Shown: positions 24,620 through 38,111 of the stretch, piece by piece
Numbering within the stretch: the first letter of the stretch is position 1
Layout of the letters: the number at the start of each line of letters is the position of its first letter
DNA from: Mytilus edulis
Taxonomy: Eukaryota
Direction of reading: 5' to 3'
NCBI RefSeq assembly: GCF_963676685.1
Contig: NC_092344.1
Coordinates: forward strand, 104,656,001-104,720,000
Length of the DNA stretch: 64,000 bases
Notes under the pieces: generated by a model
Database searches by the model: none
The model's input: the letters and a program-made list of their open reading frames with translations, nothing else
Told to the model about the DNA's origin: nothing
Translations under genes and position numbers: made by a program

Positions 24620-25380
24620 AACCATTCCTTTTAAAAGAAGCCAAGAAAAGAAACAAATTGCCAAAAGTTTTCTTCTAAGGTGTTTCGGACGACCGGACTG
24701 AAAATTTTAAGTTTTAAGATAATATGACTTTATCTTAGCTTCAGTCTACAAATTATCGACAATTACGATGCAAGAATCATATGAAATTTACATCTTGCAT
24801 GTAATTATTGTTATTTGAAAACGTTGATTCATACATATTTAAGTTTACTTTGTATAGAAGCATATTGAATTTCACAACAAATACACCGAAGAGGATATTA
24901 TCAAAATGCTGGACATTTTCATCGATATGTCGTATTAGTTCAGTGGAATAATTGTTCAACAGACAGTAGGTATTCCGTAATATGGGTACTAATTGTTCAC
25001 CCCTTATTTGCTTTTTTTTTTACTCAAATGGAGCATATTTCATACAAAACATTTTCAATGATAAAAAGCATTTTTGCAAATTTCACATTTTCTGTTCAGA
25101 TATATGGATGATGTTCTGTCACTCCATAACCCATATTGTAATGCGTGATTACATCTCATATGCTAGTAATCTTTAGATTAAGGATACCAACAAGAGGAGA
25201 AGACCTGTTTCTTATTTTAATCTTTTCCTCGATATTGACATTGTTGGACGACTCCAAACTAGAATCTATGATAAACGTTATGATTTCAAATTTTAAATTA
25301 TAAACTTCCCATTTCTCAGCAGGAACCTCCCAACCACTTCATCGTATGGTGTTAACATACATCGTTGTAACGGGCACCAT
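24620..25380 (+). pseudogene. Degraded Penelope-type RT (same family as 12577-13795)
   Basis: Frameshifted remnants NKYTEEDIIKML, QQTVGIP, MGTNCSPL, FRYMDDVL, IYDKRYDF, INFPFLS. Confidence 0.75.
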
Positions 25381-26667
25381 GACGAGTCAAAAAAGCGATG
25401 TTTAAACGAATATATTATGTAAATAAAATCACCATATATACCAGGATTAAATTTTATACACTAGAAAAAAAAGATCAAGTAAAGTACAAATGTTGGGGGC
25501 AAAGTCATTATTACGTAATATGATGAAAAACAGTCTTGTTTATTTTGTTCACACATTGTCAATAAAATGGAATTGTATGCGACTGTCACACAACTCAAAG
25601 GTTCAATCCACAATTTTCTACATAATGAAATGCCTGTACCAAGTCAGGAATATGGAAGTTGTTTTCCATTAGTTTGATGTGTTTGAGCTTTTGATGAGGC
25701 CGTTTGATAAGGGACTTTCCGATTTGAAATTCCCTTAGAATTCGGTATAATGGTAATTATTGGTATTTTATAAAAAAAAAATACTTTCAGTTTGCCACAA
25801 AATAAACACTGAACAGTTGTTGCAAAGACACTCTACATTGACCTAAGGTATGGGGAGGGTTAAGATCTCAATAAACATGTTTAACCCCGCCGCATTTTTT
25901 CGCGTCCGCAGTCAGGAGACTCTGGCCTTTGTTAGTCTTGTATATATTTTTTTTAATTTTGGTTCATTTATAGGTTTCGGAGTTTAGTATTACGTTCATT
26001 TTCACTGAACTAGTAAACATATTGTTTAGGGGCTAACTGAAGCCCACCTCTGGATGCAGGATTGTTCTCGCTGTGCTGTAGACCCATTGTTGATCTGTCC
26101 TCTTAAAACATTTAGTTGTTTAATTGACACATTCCCGGCTTCCATTTTTAAATTTAATTTTTATATACAGAGCATAGCACCCTTACCCAAAGCGCCATTC
26201 CGATAGGACATGATTGTGTATTGATACTGTAACGGTCCAAAAAACTGTTGAACTGTCCTGAGAATATTTATTCTCTATGCTCTTTTCTTGAGTATGTTAA
26301 AATACAAACATCAACATCAATCGAAACAAAACTGTTATTACAGGTATTTTCATTTATATGATAGCTGAAACATTTTGACACTTTCAAAGTCATATCTTGA
26401 AAGTCTGCTTTGCAATAAAAGTAAAGTGAAACCTGTTTAAAGAGACCACTTTAGGAGAGAAAAAAAGGTTGTTTCATAGGACTGGTGGACAGATTCAATC
26501 GATGCATCGCACTACAGTGGGACCTACAAATAATAGTCTTATAACACAGCTTTTTGCTCAATACAGGTGGTATCTAAAGACTGTATATTTAACGCAAGTA
26601 ACGCTTGACTGTTTTTATTAATTACAAATATATCGCAATGCCATTAGTCCTTTTGCGTTGCTTTATA

Positions 26668-27109
26668 GAATGAAATCAAAACAGTGTGGCTGTGGCCATT
26701 GATTGACACATTAAGTTCATCCATTGACTGGGACAATTTAGGTGAACGTTTGTATGTAACGACCACTGCTCACTATGTACTTTTTAAAGACACTTAAAAT
26801 ATGGGGTCACCAAAGGTTCTCAACACCTTAATAAAGTAATTCGAAAAACTAATCAGAAATAACATGATGTTTTGATTTATATCAATTATATAAATCAAAA
26901 CATAAAGGTTATTCCTGATTAATTTTTTGAATTATTTTATAATTAAAGGCGTTAAGAAACCTTTGGTGACCCCACAGTTTAAATGTCTATCGTAGGTACG
27001 TCGTGAACAGTGGTCGTTACAGACAAACGTTCATGTAAATTGTCCCAGTCAATGGATGAATTTAATGTGTCAATCAATGGCCACAGCCACACTGTTTTGA
27101 ATTTCATTC
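26668..27109. mobile_element. Foldback MITE (~440-bp near-palindrome) with TA target duplication
   Basis: gaatgaaatcaaaacagtgtggctgtggccattgattgacacatta ... taatgtgtcaatcaatggccacagccacactgttttgaatttcattc; TA at 26666-26667 and 27110-27111; half-copy at ~29220-29410. Confidence 0.9.
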
Positions 27110-30100
27110 TATTCATTGTTTTGGGCTTCGTTGACATCTTTTTGGCTTTGTACTGTTGGTTCATCAACTGCAATTTCCTGTTGTTCTGTCTGAGTTCTGG
27201 TACGTTGTGTGCATCTGAAAGTGAATTAGATTTTCTTTTAAGACATCTTGTATACGGTTTAAGCCTTACCTTTTCCATATCTCTAATCTTATCCTAGGTT
27301 ATTTAATACAATAGTTTTGACCATTATTACACCTGGGCCTACCAATTTGAAAATGCTTGTTTGACATAGTTAGACATTGAGCAATAATTTAATTAATCTG
27401 AAAATTTGACACTTTCAATCCGAAATATTTAAATGATTAGATTATTGGTGGCAAATATTTGTTGCAAATTTATAACATAATTGTATTTCCGTTTTCTTAA
27501 AGAATGTTTAAATGAAAATCAAGACAATAATGTTAAAACAAAACACGGAATAACCGAATCTTTTTTTTTAAACTCACATGAAAAGAACTACAGCACACAT
27601 ACTAAAACTGGCCATAACAATGAAGACCATTCCTTTGAATATTGGTCGTGTTTGATGGTATATGTTGTTAAATACTGTTACACCACCAAGCCTGCATGTT
27701 GCTTCTATGAGGTATATGTTAGAGAAAAGTGTTCCTATGAATAAAACAAAAACTATTTTTATTTTTGTGTACGTATTTTATTAATCTTTTATTATGTATT
27801 TCCTATTTACATCACGACAGACGGATCATCCGGGATTATTTTAAATACTAGCAATTTAGTAGAATATTTGAAGTTTTAGAAAACGATTTTAATCTTTACA
27901 CTATAAAGATACTTGCTTACTGTTTCAATTCTGTATGCCGTTACTGATTTTCTAGTTTTACTTTGATTACTAACTCAATTACATATACTCAATGAACCTA
28001 AAGAGTCAAAGTAAAATGAAACTGTTTTAGTAAATTTCAATAGTGACGTTCAGTGTTAAATGTTTAAAATTCAACTTAATATTGTCCGTGTCATTGATTT
28101 GAATTCGAAGAAAACTTAAACTTTGTTCTTAAAATGAATTTGTTGACCATGTTTCTTCTTTTACAAATACGGGAAGGTTATTTTATTTAGAATTAATTTC
28201 ATAACAGTGTGGTCGACAGTAAAACGTTTGTAGGTTGTAACTTGTTTGTCAACGGCTATGATTTTATGCTCACCCAGTCTGTTAGAGGCCTTCCAGTGGG
28301 GATTGAAATATTCACTTGTTACACATTCCGATACATAAAATGAAACTTTCTTTTTACAAAGCTTGAAAGGAATTTGTTTTAAATATTTATTATAATCATC
28401 ACATACAACCGTGTCATTTATAAGAATAATAATGTTCAGAGATGATATTATTTAATAATAATAAAAAAATAGGTTTATCCATTGTAAAAAAAAACTATTA
28501 AGTTGATGGGGTTAATTCACAAAATATCTCATTGATTAAGAGCACAACTACTTCTACGGTGTGATCATTTTAGAATGGCCTACTATTTATTCAATGCGTA
28601 TACATGTGGGTTTTGTTTGTGAAGAGTTCTGGATAATTAAAAAATCATTTGATTTCTTTGTTTAATACCATAAAACGATTCATTCTTTCAGATATATGTC
28701 ACTTTGCCTTATCTTCAAGTCCAACACAATTTCTCACGTTTCTTACAAAACTTATATTCTTGAGATGTATTCTTTTGTTGAAAAAAAATGTATAGATATA
28801 GATAGATATAGGAAGATGTGGTATGAGTGCCAATGAGACAACTCTCCTCCCAAGTAATAATTCATAAAAGTAAACCATGATAGGTCAAGGTACGACCTGC
28901 AACACGGAGCCTTGGCTCACACCTAACAGCAAGTTATAGAGGGCCCCAAAACTACTAGTGTAAAACCATTCAAACGGGAAAACCAACGAGAAACGAAAAA
29001 CACATATGAACTACATAAACAGACGACATCATGCATTGTAACTTTTAAAGCCAATTAAGTAAAAAAAATAATCTGAAAGAACGTGCGATATCATATTAGG
29101 AAAATTGATGGTCAAACCATAACAAAAAATCAAGTAAAGAATTTTAAGTATTCAACCTTTATAGCTTGCTGTTCATGTGTGAGCCAAGACTCCGTGTTGA
29201 AGGCCATTTTTATTTATTTTCAAATCACAAAGGTTATTCCTGATTAGTATTTTTAATTATTTTATTTAGGCGTTTGGAACCTTTGGTGACCTCACAGTTT
29301 AAATTTCTATGATAAGTACGTCGTGAGCAGTGGGCATTACAGACGAACGTTCACCTAATTTTCCCCAGTCAATGAATGGCCATAGCTACACTGTTATGAA
29401 TTTCATTCTATGTATTCTTTGAATTCTTTTGCCCTGTGAGTTTATTTTTATAGGTTCTAACCTACTGTATTACTTCATACAAATATACTTTTGATATTAC
29501 CTTGTTTGTCTGGTAAGACCATTCTGGACAGAAATGATTTCAATAGAGGATTTGGTAAAATTCTAATTACTCCAATAGCTGTGGCTAAAAAAAGAAAAAC
29601 ACAATACTCAAAACTAAAACAAAATATCAAATTAATATACCAGTAATGCAGAATTCAAAACGATTAAGGAAAATGAGATCAAAGATATAGATGTTGTTTA
29701 GATTTTAACATGATTCCATCGGTTCATATATTTTCTCTTTTTTTTTGTATAAAGTAAAATATAAATAAGAATACACAGGAAAGCACGACCAATCGTATAA
29801 TGACGATTTAACTAGGTCTGTTTGATTTCGTGTCATAGATTTAAAATATATGAAAATCATCGCTTTTTCTATCTGGTTGATGTTTTATGTGTTCAGAATC
29901 TGATTACGAAAGTGATCTTCCCTGTTGCAGCCTTGTTTCACTTTTAATGTTACATTCTTTTCATTTTAAATACAAAGCATGCTGAATCAATGCGTAAACC
30001 CATCCAAGTTAAGGGTAAAGTTGAGGCATGGATACGGATTTAATTGAGTTCAATTATTGACCTGCAATCCAATAATACATCATCGACTTATTTTGACAGA

Positions 30101-32321
30101 ATGGAACGAAAACTGGCCGGCTGTAGCGAAATATCATTTCATAATTCCGCTTTTCTTAATGTTTAAAACAAAAAATAATATTTTGAGTCTGTCAAATTCG
30201 TAGCTGCACCTTTAAATCATAGATTGATTGGTGATTAACTCCGCTTTCATCGCTACTGTGCTATTTGTTGTGGTCAGTTTTTATTGACGGTGGAGGAATT
30301 GCTCGAGAGAACCACCAACCTTTGGTAGGATCTATGAATAAATAAAGCCTCGGTCACACCTTACCGGATAGCACGAACGGACGCCTAACGGGTGAAAATA
30401 AAAGTTGTCTGTTGACAAAATTGTTATCCGTTAGGGGTCCGTTGATGTACTGACTGAATAAAACGCGTACCGAATACATCACGGACACACACCGGATATA
30501 CAACTAATGAGAAACTGAAACGTACCGAACCGAACGGATGTCGAACGTACATCCAACGGGCGAGTACCGCATAAAATGGACACCTAACGGAAGCGTACCG
30601 GATAAAACGGATGAACAAGATATGCGGAAAAATTAAAAGCGACAATAATAATACATGTAAATCGTATAAATATTCAAGATGTATCTGTGTAACTGGTTTT
30701 GGTTTGTTCTTCAAAATGCCACCAAAGGGCAGTGTCTGGCCTGAATAATAGCTGCTTGATTGTGAAGACGTGCCTTACTCTACGATCGATTATGAGTAAT
30801 AAGAGTCCATGAACCTTATAAGGAATCTAATTGGCATTTCTGACGTAAAATTTTCAGTTGGCATTTATCCGCTCTGTCCGGTACGTTTCCGTTTCTCGTA
30901 CGTTGCATATCATTTGCATGTCCGTTATGCATTCGTTAAGCGTCCGTATTATTTGGCCAGTACATCAACAGACCCCCAACGGATAACAATTTTGTCAACG
31001 GCCAACTTTTATTTTCATCGTAAGGCGTCCGTTCGTCTTATCCGGTAAGGTGTGACCGAGGCTTTAGGCATCCGTTCGAGCTATCCGTTAAGGTTTGACC
31101 GAGGCTTAGATACAAACAAACACAAACACTGGTTGATAAGTCTTTTCACTTATAAATAGTTAGACCTGAGAATATTTTATGAGACAATATAAGCTTCTTA
31201 CCTGTATATATAAACCAATCAGCTGCTAACATTCCGAACATTACCAAAAAAGCAATGTTAGAAACAAAACCCAAAATTGTTATCGTCTCGTCTTTGATGA
31301 CCATCAGAAGACATCTCAGAATCAAAACACTAAACACGTATTGAATGACATCAACTCCAGCAGCATACCATCCTATATGTACTGACGACCAACAGAAAGG
31401 TAGTCCTAATGTATATAATGTCCGAATAGAGCCGAACGAAGAAACAGGAAAATGGTAAATGAAAAAAATTAAGATGGTTATTGAAAAAATCTTCCAACTA
31501 ACGCTTCTTGACAGGGATTCCCTTTTAATACAGAAAGTATACACTTCTTTTGTTTTTGCAGAAAATGTATGTGTTTTCTCTATCTCGATGTTTTCCTCTT
31601 GAAAAGTACAAAACGATATGAAAACAATAATATTTAAACCAGTAGATATTAGATATGGATATGTGAAACCTAGAAGTTTGATTAGATATCCTGTTCCTAT
31701 TTCAGAAATACATAGTCCTAATCCCAGCATAGATTCATATAGTGCAAATGCAAACGGTCGCTGTTTACCGGCTTTCGTACAGTTCGCCAATGTTGAGCAA
31801 CATGCAAAATGATATGCATAGTGACTTCCAGCGAAACCTTCAATGCAGCACGTCAGTAAATACCAATATAAATTCAGATCTGCATAAACTATATAAGTAC
31901 GGATGGAAAATGAAATAGTAGTTAGTCCTAAATTATACAATATAATTGGTTTCCGTCCCAGTTTATCGGAAAGTGGTCCAATAAAGGCAAGAACCGGAAG
32001 TCCAATGCCGTATATAACAAGTGTAATATACCACGTCCAATCTGTTGCCAATCCCTGTATATAATTATCACCAGTATTGGTTGTATTGTCCAGGCATTTT
32101 TCATCATCTTTTGACTTATTGACTCCCGTTTCATAAACAGTGTCATTAATTTCAGTGCGATTTTTCAAATACGCGTACACAAACTGTGTTTCAGTTATAC
32201 TTCGCATTTCAATGGCACATCCATATATTAATCCAAAGAGACTGATTTTAAATTGGTTATTGTACCAACCAGAAGAACTTACCGATTGCTGTGTTTTCAA
32301 GAGCGGTCTATTTTCGTTCAT
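27109..32321 (-). CDS. SLC46-family MFS transporter paralog D, 4 exons, ~488 aa
   Basis: Exons 32321-31202, 29584-29501 (84 nt), 27734-27578 (157 nt), 27214-27109. Motifs GPLSDKLGRKP, LGLPFCWSSVHIGW, LKSFLSRMV. Confidence 0.9.
30346..31106 (-). mobile_element. Shorter Harbinger derivative of the 4473-6366 family, opposite orientation, doubled right TIR
   Basis: Same TIR agcctcggtcacaccttaccggatag. 30728-30811 is the reverse complement of the transposase start. The right end occurs twice (31063 and 31106). Confidence 0.85.
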
Positions 32322-33512
32322 TTTGTTACTTATGACTCTGAATCTAGATCAGTTATCTTATCAAATTGATTATATTTCCCTTGTTGATTCAGATAAAATA
32401 GATAAACCCGTTAACATTTGACACAATAACATTTATTTTTTGATACATTTCATACCTCGTGAATGCTTTGTGAAATGATTTATGGCAAATTATATGTAAT
32501 TGAGCGGTATTTCAGATTTGCATGCAGTTGATAATAGCGGTTTGTTACAGTAACAAAAAATCTTTAATTGTCATTTTGTTATAAACTTCATAAAGATTGA
32601 ATATATAGATCAAAAACTTACTCAGAAGACTACAAAAGAAGCAAAAAGAACTTTCGTTCGTTTTCTTAGATTTCTTGTATTTTTTTTTCATATTATAGTA
32701 TGTATACTGAGGATATTCTACACTCAGTAATAGGGTGTATTTGTCAATTTCGGAATGTTTGGTCTTTGACGCTTCTTTGCTTTGTACTATATTTGGATTT
32801 TTGTTTGGCTTTTTTGTTCGAGCGTTACTAATGGGTAAAACTATATCGTTTTAAAATGTCTTTTCGTCAGTATTGATTTTCATTTCAGAAGAAATTAATA
32901 CATTTTGAGAACCTTTTTTATATTCCTTTGTATAATATATTATTTAGAACTCATATCCATACAATGTCATATTGATACCATTTTGACTATAGAACTTCAT
33001 AAAAAAAGACTGCAATACTTAAAGTAATTGGAGATAATGATAATTTTGATTTGTCAAGATACATTTTATTATAACTCATATATACCGGTATTATAGCTTT
33101 AAAAAATATTGATAGTTCGGTCCAAAAAAAAAAGAATCCCAACGAATGCACTGTTCGAAGCGGAAATCTCGTCTGGGTCTGTATCAGTATGTTATAACAC
33201 CTTCAAAATTTGATACACACAGTGCTAATTAAAAGGTAGTGCACTGATCGAAGCGGAAATCTCGTCAGGGTCTGTATCAGTATGTTATAATACCTTCAGA
33301 ATTTGTTACACACAGTGCTAATTCAAAGGTAGGGATGATGGATCTGTAATTCGGACCATCTAGACATTGACATGTAGTATAGACACATTTCTCTTGTTAA
33401 TATTGTATGTCTACATCTTCTTTCATTCATTTTACATAAATGCTTTTTTTTTATAAAATGATTAGAATATTTTTATCTGGTATATTTTTGTACAGATTAT
33501 AGCCCCTTTTGC

Positions 33513-36500
33513 TTAGTTTTTTGCGATAACAAGTGTATCTTCCTTCTGTGATTTCTCAAGATTTTCGTCACAATCGCAATTTTCTTTCCGGTTCTGAACT
33601 GTTGGTTCTTCAACTTTAATCTCGATTTTATCTGATTGAGTGTTTCTGCATGTCACGCACCTGAAATGTAAATGAATATATCGTGATACGTCAAGGGATA
33701 TTATAAGTATAACCCTTTTATATTATAAACAAATTTGCAGCTATTAGATAATTTTACCTGTACCTTTGAAAACTATTTACCTACTACTCCATATACAATT
33801 CAAGCAGTCGGTAATATATTCAAGACAAAGAACCTATGAATATCTTTTTTTTTCGTTTTTTTTTGTAAATACTGCAAGCAGGCAAGTAAGAATGTAAATA
33901 TATTCAAAGCGAAATAACTAAATTGTTATTAATTAGAAAATATAGATAGTTAACAAAAAAAACAGAAATTTACATCCTATACCCATCTTTCAACTGACTG
34001 TAAAATCTTAATAATATATCTCAAAATTGACAAATTAATGAACTCAAATTAGGTCACAAATAGACAATATCAATATCTCCGATTGTTGAAGACTTCTTAC
34101 GATTAATTGAAATAATTTTCATATTTATATAATTCGTATATGATTTGCATATCTGCAATTTGTCCAACTGATTTTTCCTTGGTTTACTCTTCAGTAAATC
34201 ATGCTGTCGAAACCACTTCTTAACCTATATTAACACTGTACCACAGCCATGCCCAATACACAAGATCAAATCCTGGGGTTTACACACCAGGAACTTCCCC
34301 AAAATAATGGGTTTATCTAACAGTTACTTCACACAGCTGTTTGACGTTTTACAATAAATGAATTGACTGTTCGGCGTGCCTGCATAAATTTAAATATTCA
34401 TATTTCATATGTGGAGCAGGATCTGCCTATCCTTTCGGAGTACCTGAGATCACTCCTGGTTTTTTGTGGGGTTCGTGTTGCTTATTCTTTAGTTTTCTAT
34501 GTTGTGTCGTGTGTACTATTGTTTATCTGTTTGTATATTTCATTTTTAGATATAGCGTTGTCAGCTTTTTTTTCGATTTATGAGTTTGACTATCCCTCTG
34601 GTATCTTTTGTCCCTTTTTTGTATCCTAGTAGTTTATATTTTATTGATAGTAATTGGTAAAATAAGGTTTGAGCTTTTTTGTTCTCACGGCAAAATCATA
34701 CTAACAAATGTTCTTTAACGCAAAATAAGGCATTCTCTTTTAAATGTCTTACTGAAGTATGCATTCAACAGGAAATAATCTGCACGAAAATTGAAATACA
34801 TCTCTAGTTAATATTTACTCACATTAAGAGAATACCAGCACACAATGGAAATAAAGCCATAACAAAGAATACCATGCCTTTAAATATCGGACGAGTGTGG
34901 TGGTATATATTGTTAAATAATGTGGAACCACCCAGTCGGCACACAGCTTCTAGTAAGTATATATTAGCAAAAAGTGCTCCTGTAATGAAAAATATGGTAG
35001 TAAAAAAGGCAAATAGATCTGTCTTCTTAAAATCAAAAGATAGTAACTGACCATTAATCTTTTATAGAGAGGAAATGGTTTTTAAGTGAATTGTTTGATT
35101 TTGGTGTTTTTAAACAAATATGATTTGTTTCAGAAGGAAATTGAAAAATAATATATTGATTTCATTTTAAAATTCTAACAAAAATATCGAACTCCAAGGC
35201 CAATTCATATTATAAATCAACGGAAAGAGGAAAAGAAAACTGCCATATTCCTAACTTGGCACAGGCATTTTACGAAGAAATGCTTCAATTGTATATATGC
35301 TTCATTGAAATATTTTGAAAAGTGTTTACCTTGTTTGTCTGAATGGACCATTCGAGAAAGGATTGACTTTATTATCGGTATTGGTAATATTCTGATGACA
35401 CCAATGGCAGTAGCTGAAATGGAAATCATTGATTTAATTTATCTACAAACACAATATAAGAATGGGTATTATATATCTTACTCTTTTCGTGTTCACGCAA
35501 ACAAATTAAACAATGCAAACCCACGAGCATTGCTATATATTATAAATCCATTTCGTGTAAGTATTTTGAAGGCATAACATGAGTCTTCACAATATCAACA
35601 TGATAAGCCTGGTATCTGCCATGAGTTCAGTTTGTTGATTTCTTCTCTATCGACAAAAAGTATCTTTACAAACAGATTTTTTTTATAAACACTACCATAT
35701 AGTACTGATTTTCTAATGACACTGAGATGTTAGTATTTGGCAAACACTTATTTATAGCAATACATTTGTAAAATGTCCAAAAGGAAAACATGATTTGGAA
35801 TGGACAAGAGTCAGATCTATCGATAGCCATACTAAAACTATTTAAACCATGAAGAAAATAAACAAACGTGAAATTAAATTCTTCTATATTGTATAATATA
35901 CAAATCAGAATTCTTAGCAACACATTCTTAAAAGACACAACTCAAGAATTTACCAAGGTAAATCATCCAATCGGTTGACGAGAATCCAAACACAATGTAA
36001 CACGTTACTGAAGAAGTGAATCCCAAAAAGGCTATTGTATGGTCCTTCATACAAAGAAGAAAAGATTTAAGAATCAAGATTCCAATGACAAATTCACAAA
36101 AATATGCTGCAGCTGTATACCATCCTACTTTGACAGAAGTCCAGCAAAGAGGAGCTCCAAGCTCATATAATGTTCTTATACCTCCGTTTGCCAAATAAGG
36201 AAATTCATTTGTAAAGTATACAAGTATATACATCAGAAATAATTGTCTAGTAGAATTCATTAATATGTTTGTCTTTCTACACAGTGAACATACGTCAATA
36301 AATGAAGACGATATGTTTACAGGATTCTTCTTGATTGGTAATTTAGAGTTTTCCTTCAGTGTGATGATAATTAAAATAAGAATTAAAACTAATAACGCAG
36401 TTCCTGTAAGGAATGGGTATGTGTATCCAGTCAGCTTGATAAGGTAACCAGTCGCTATATCAGAAACACAAATGCCAATTACCATCATGGTATCAAATAG

Positions 36501-37073
36501 TGCTATATTGAATGGTTTAGATTCATCTTGGTTTGTACATGTGTTAAGTATTGAAAGACAAATAACATCATATGTATAATGGCAACCAGCTAAACCCTCC
36601 ACAACGCAAAATAGAAGGTACCAGTATAGATTCAGTTTTGCATACACAGCATATGTCCGCAATGCGAATGTTATAGCAAAGAGAGAGACAGTGTACATAA
36701 GAACTGGTTTCCGACCCACTTTATCCGACAAAGGTCCTAAAACAGACATAACAAGCAATCCAATACTGTAAATCACAAGTTGCATATACCAAGTCCAGTC
36801 CGATGCTAATCCCTGAATGTAATCGTCTGTTATAGATGTCAAATTGTTACTGCAACTCATCTCTTTTATCGAATTATTATATTGTTCTACCGATGTGTGA
36901 TTAGTTGATGCATAGTAAGCCTTAAGGTACGAATATATGTATTGCGTTTCTGATATGTTCAGCATTTCAAGAGAACATCCCCAGATGATGGTATAAATAC
37001 ATATTTTAATACGAGCGTCAAACCAGGATAACTTCTTGTCTATTTTCGCGATCAGTATTTGTTGCTCATCCAT
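33513..37073 (-). CDS. SLC46-family MFS transporter paralog E, 4 exons, ~502 aa
   Basis: Exons 37073-35954, 35413-35330 (84 nt), 34979-34823 (157 nt), 33660-33513. Motifs GPLSDKVGRKP, LGAPLCWTSVKVGW, IKSILSRMV. Confidence 0.9.
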
Positions 37074-38111
37074 ATTTACTATAATTATGATCGTTGTTGA
37101 AATCCAGAGGCAAATATATCAAGCATCTTCGAAATCAGCACGACGTTTTTATTTTGTATGTTTATATTTTGTAATCCGTATATTCAATTTACTCAGAATG
37201 TATTTGTGTAGAAAAGATAAAAATTAAAGTGTGTAGTGTAGATTATTTTCTGTATATCATTGTGAATTGTAATAATTATATTTTGATAAATAAGCACATG
37301 TTTATATCTGTAATCAACTACTGTAACACATGATGTTGTAGTCCTTTCCTTTATGTACATGCATACCTACTGATATAAATGTTTAGAACTACATGTATCG
37401 CCAAAACGATACCTTTTGATTTCAGTCTATTAATTTTTTATTACTTTGTAAACAACTAGGGCCCAAATTTGTCACAAAGACGTGCTCTCAATAATTTTAA
37501 GTGAAACAAATACAAAAAATAAACGTTACAAGTCCATTATATTTTAGGTTGAGTATCAAAAGAGTATTCAAATCTAGTTTAATAATTATATTAATATGTC
37601 TGTACCAGGTCAGAAAACTTGTCAATGGTTGTATTTGTTTATTTCTTTGTTTTTTTTCGTCTTTAGTATTGGGCATATCTTCAGTAGTCTTTAAGATTAA
37701 TTTATTCAAAGCCTTGCTAGTCATAATTTTTAATGCTTAATTAAGTTTTGATTATTTTTTTTTATTTTTCACATTTTTTGCATTTTATATAACAGCGGTG
37801 GCCATTTCAGAAATTTCGTACCATTCCAACCTATTTTTCTAGATATACTCATTTTGATAAATCTTTTTCCTGGATTCATGTTTCATTGTTTTGTGTCATC
37901 ATTGGCATATACCGTGAATCTTTTTTATTTATAATATTAGAAATGCTAGTAACCAATGAATATCTGAATATAAAGGTTAATCACTTTCGATTAATTCTTA
38001 TTTGATAAAACTGAAACATATGCCGCACTTAATAATCGACTTGACCAAACTTATGTACTTATGTAACGTTACAATAAGTAAATTGTTTTGAAATGTGTAA
38101 AGACAACTCAC

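Noticed and set aside
37497-37740. Candidate downstream exons for first exon F
   Set aside because: Translations show no ATAxG..R...K..LSR.V...KQG or LFSN...FNNIY motif, and no 84- or 157-nt AG..GT unit was found.
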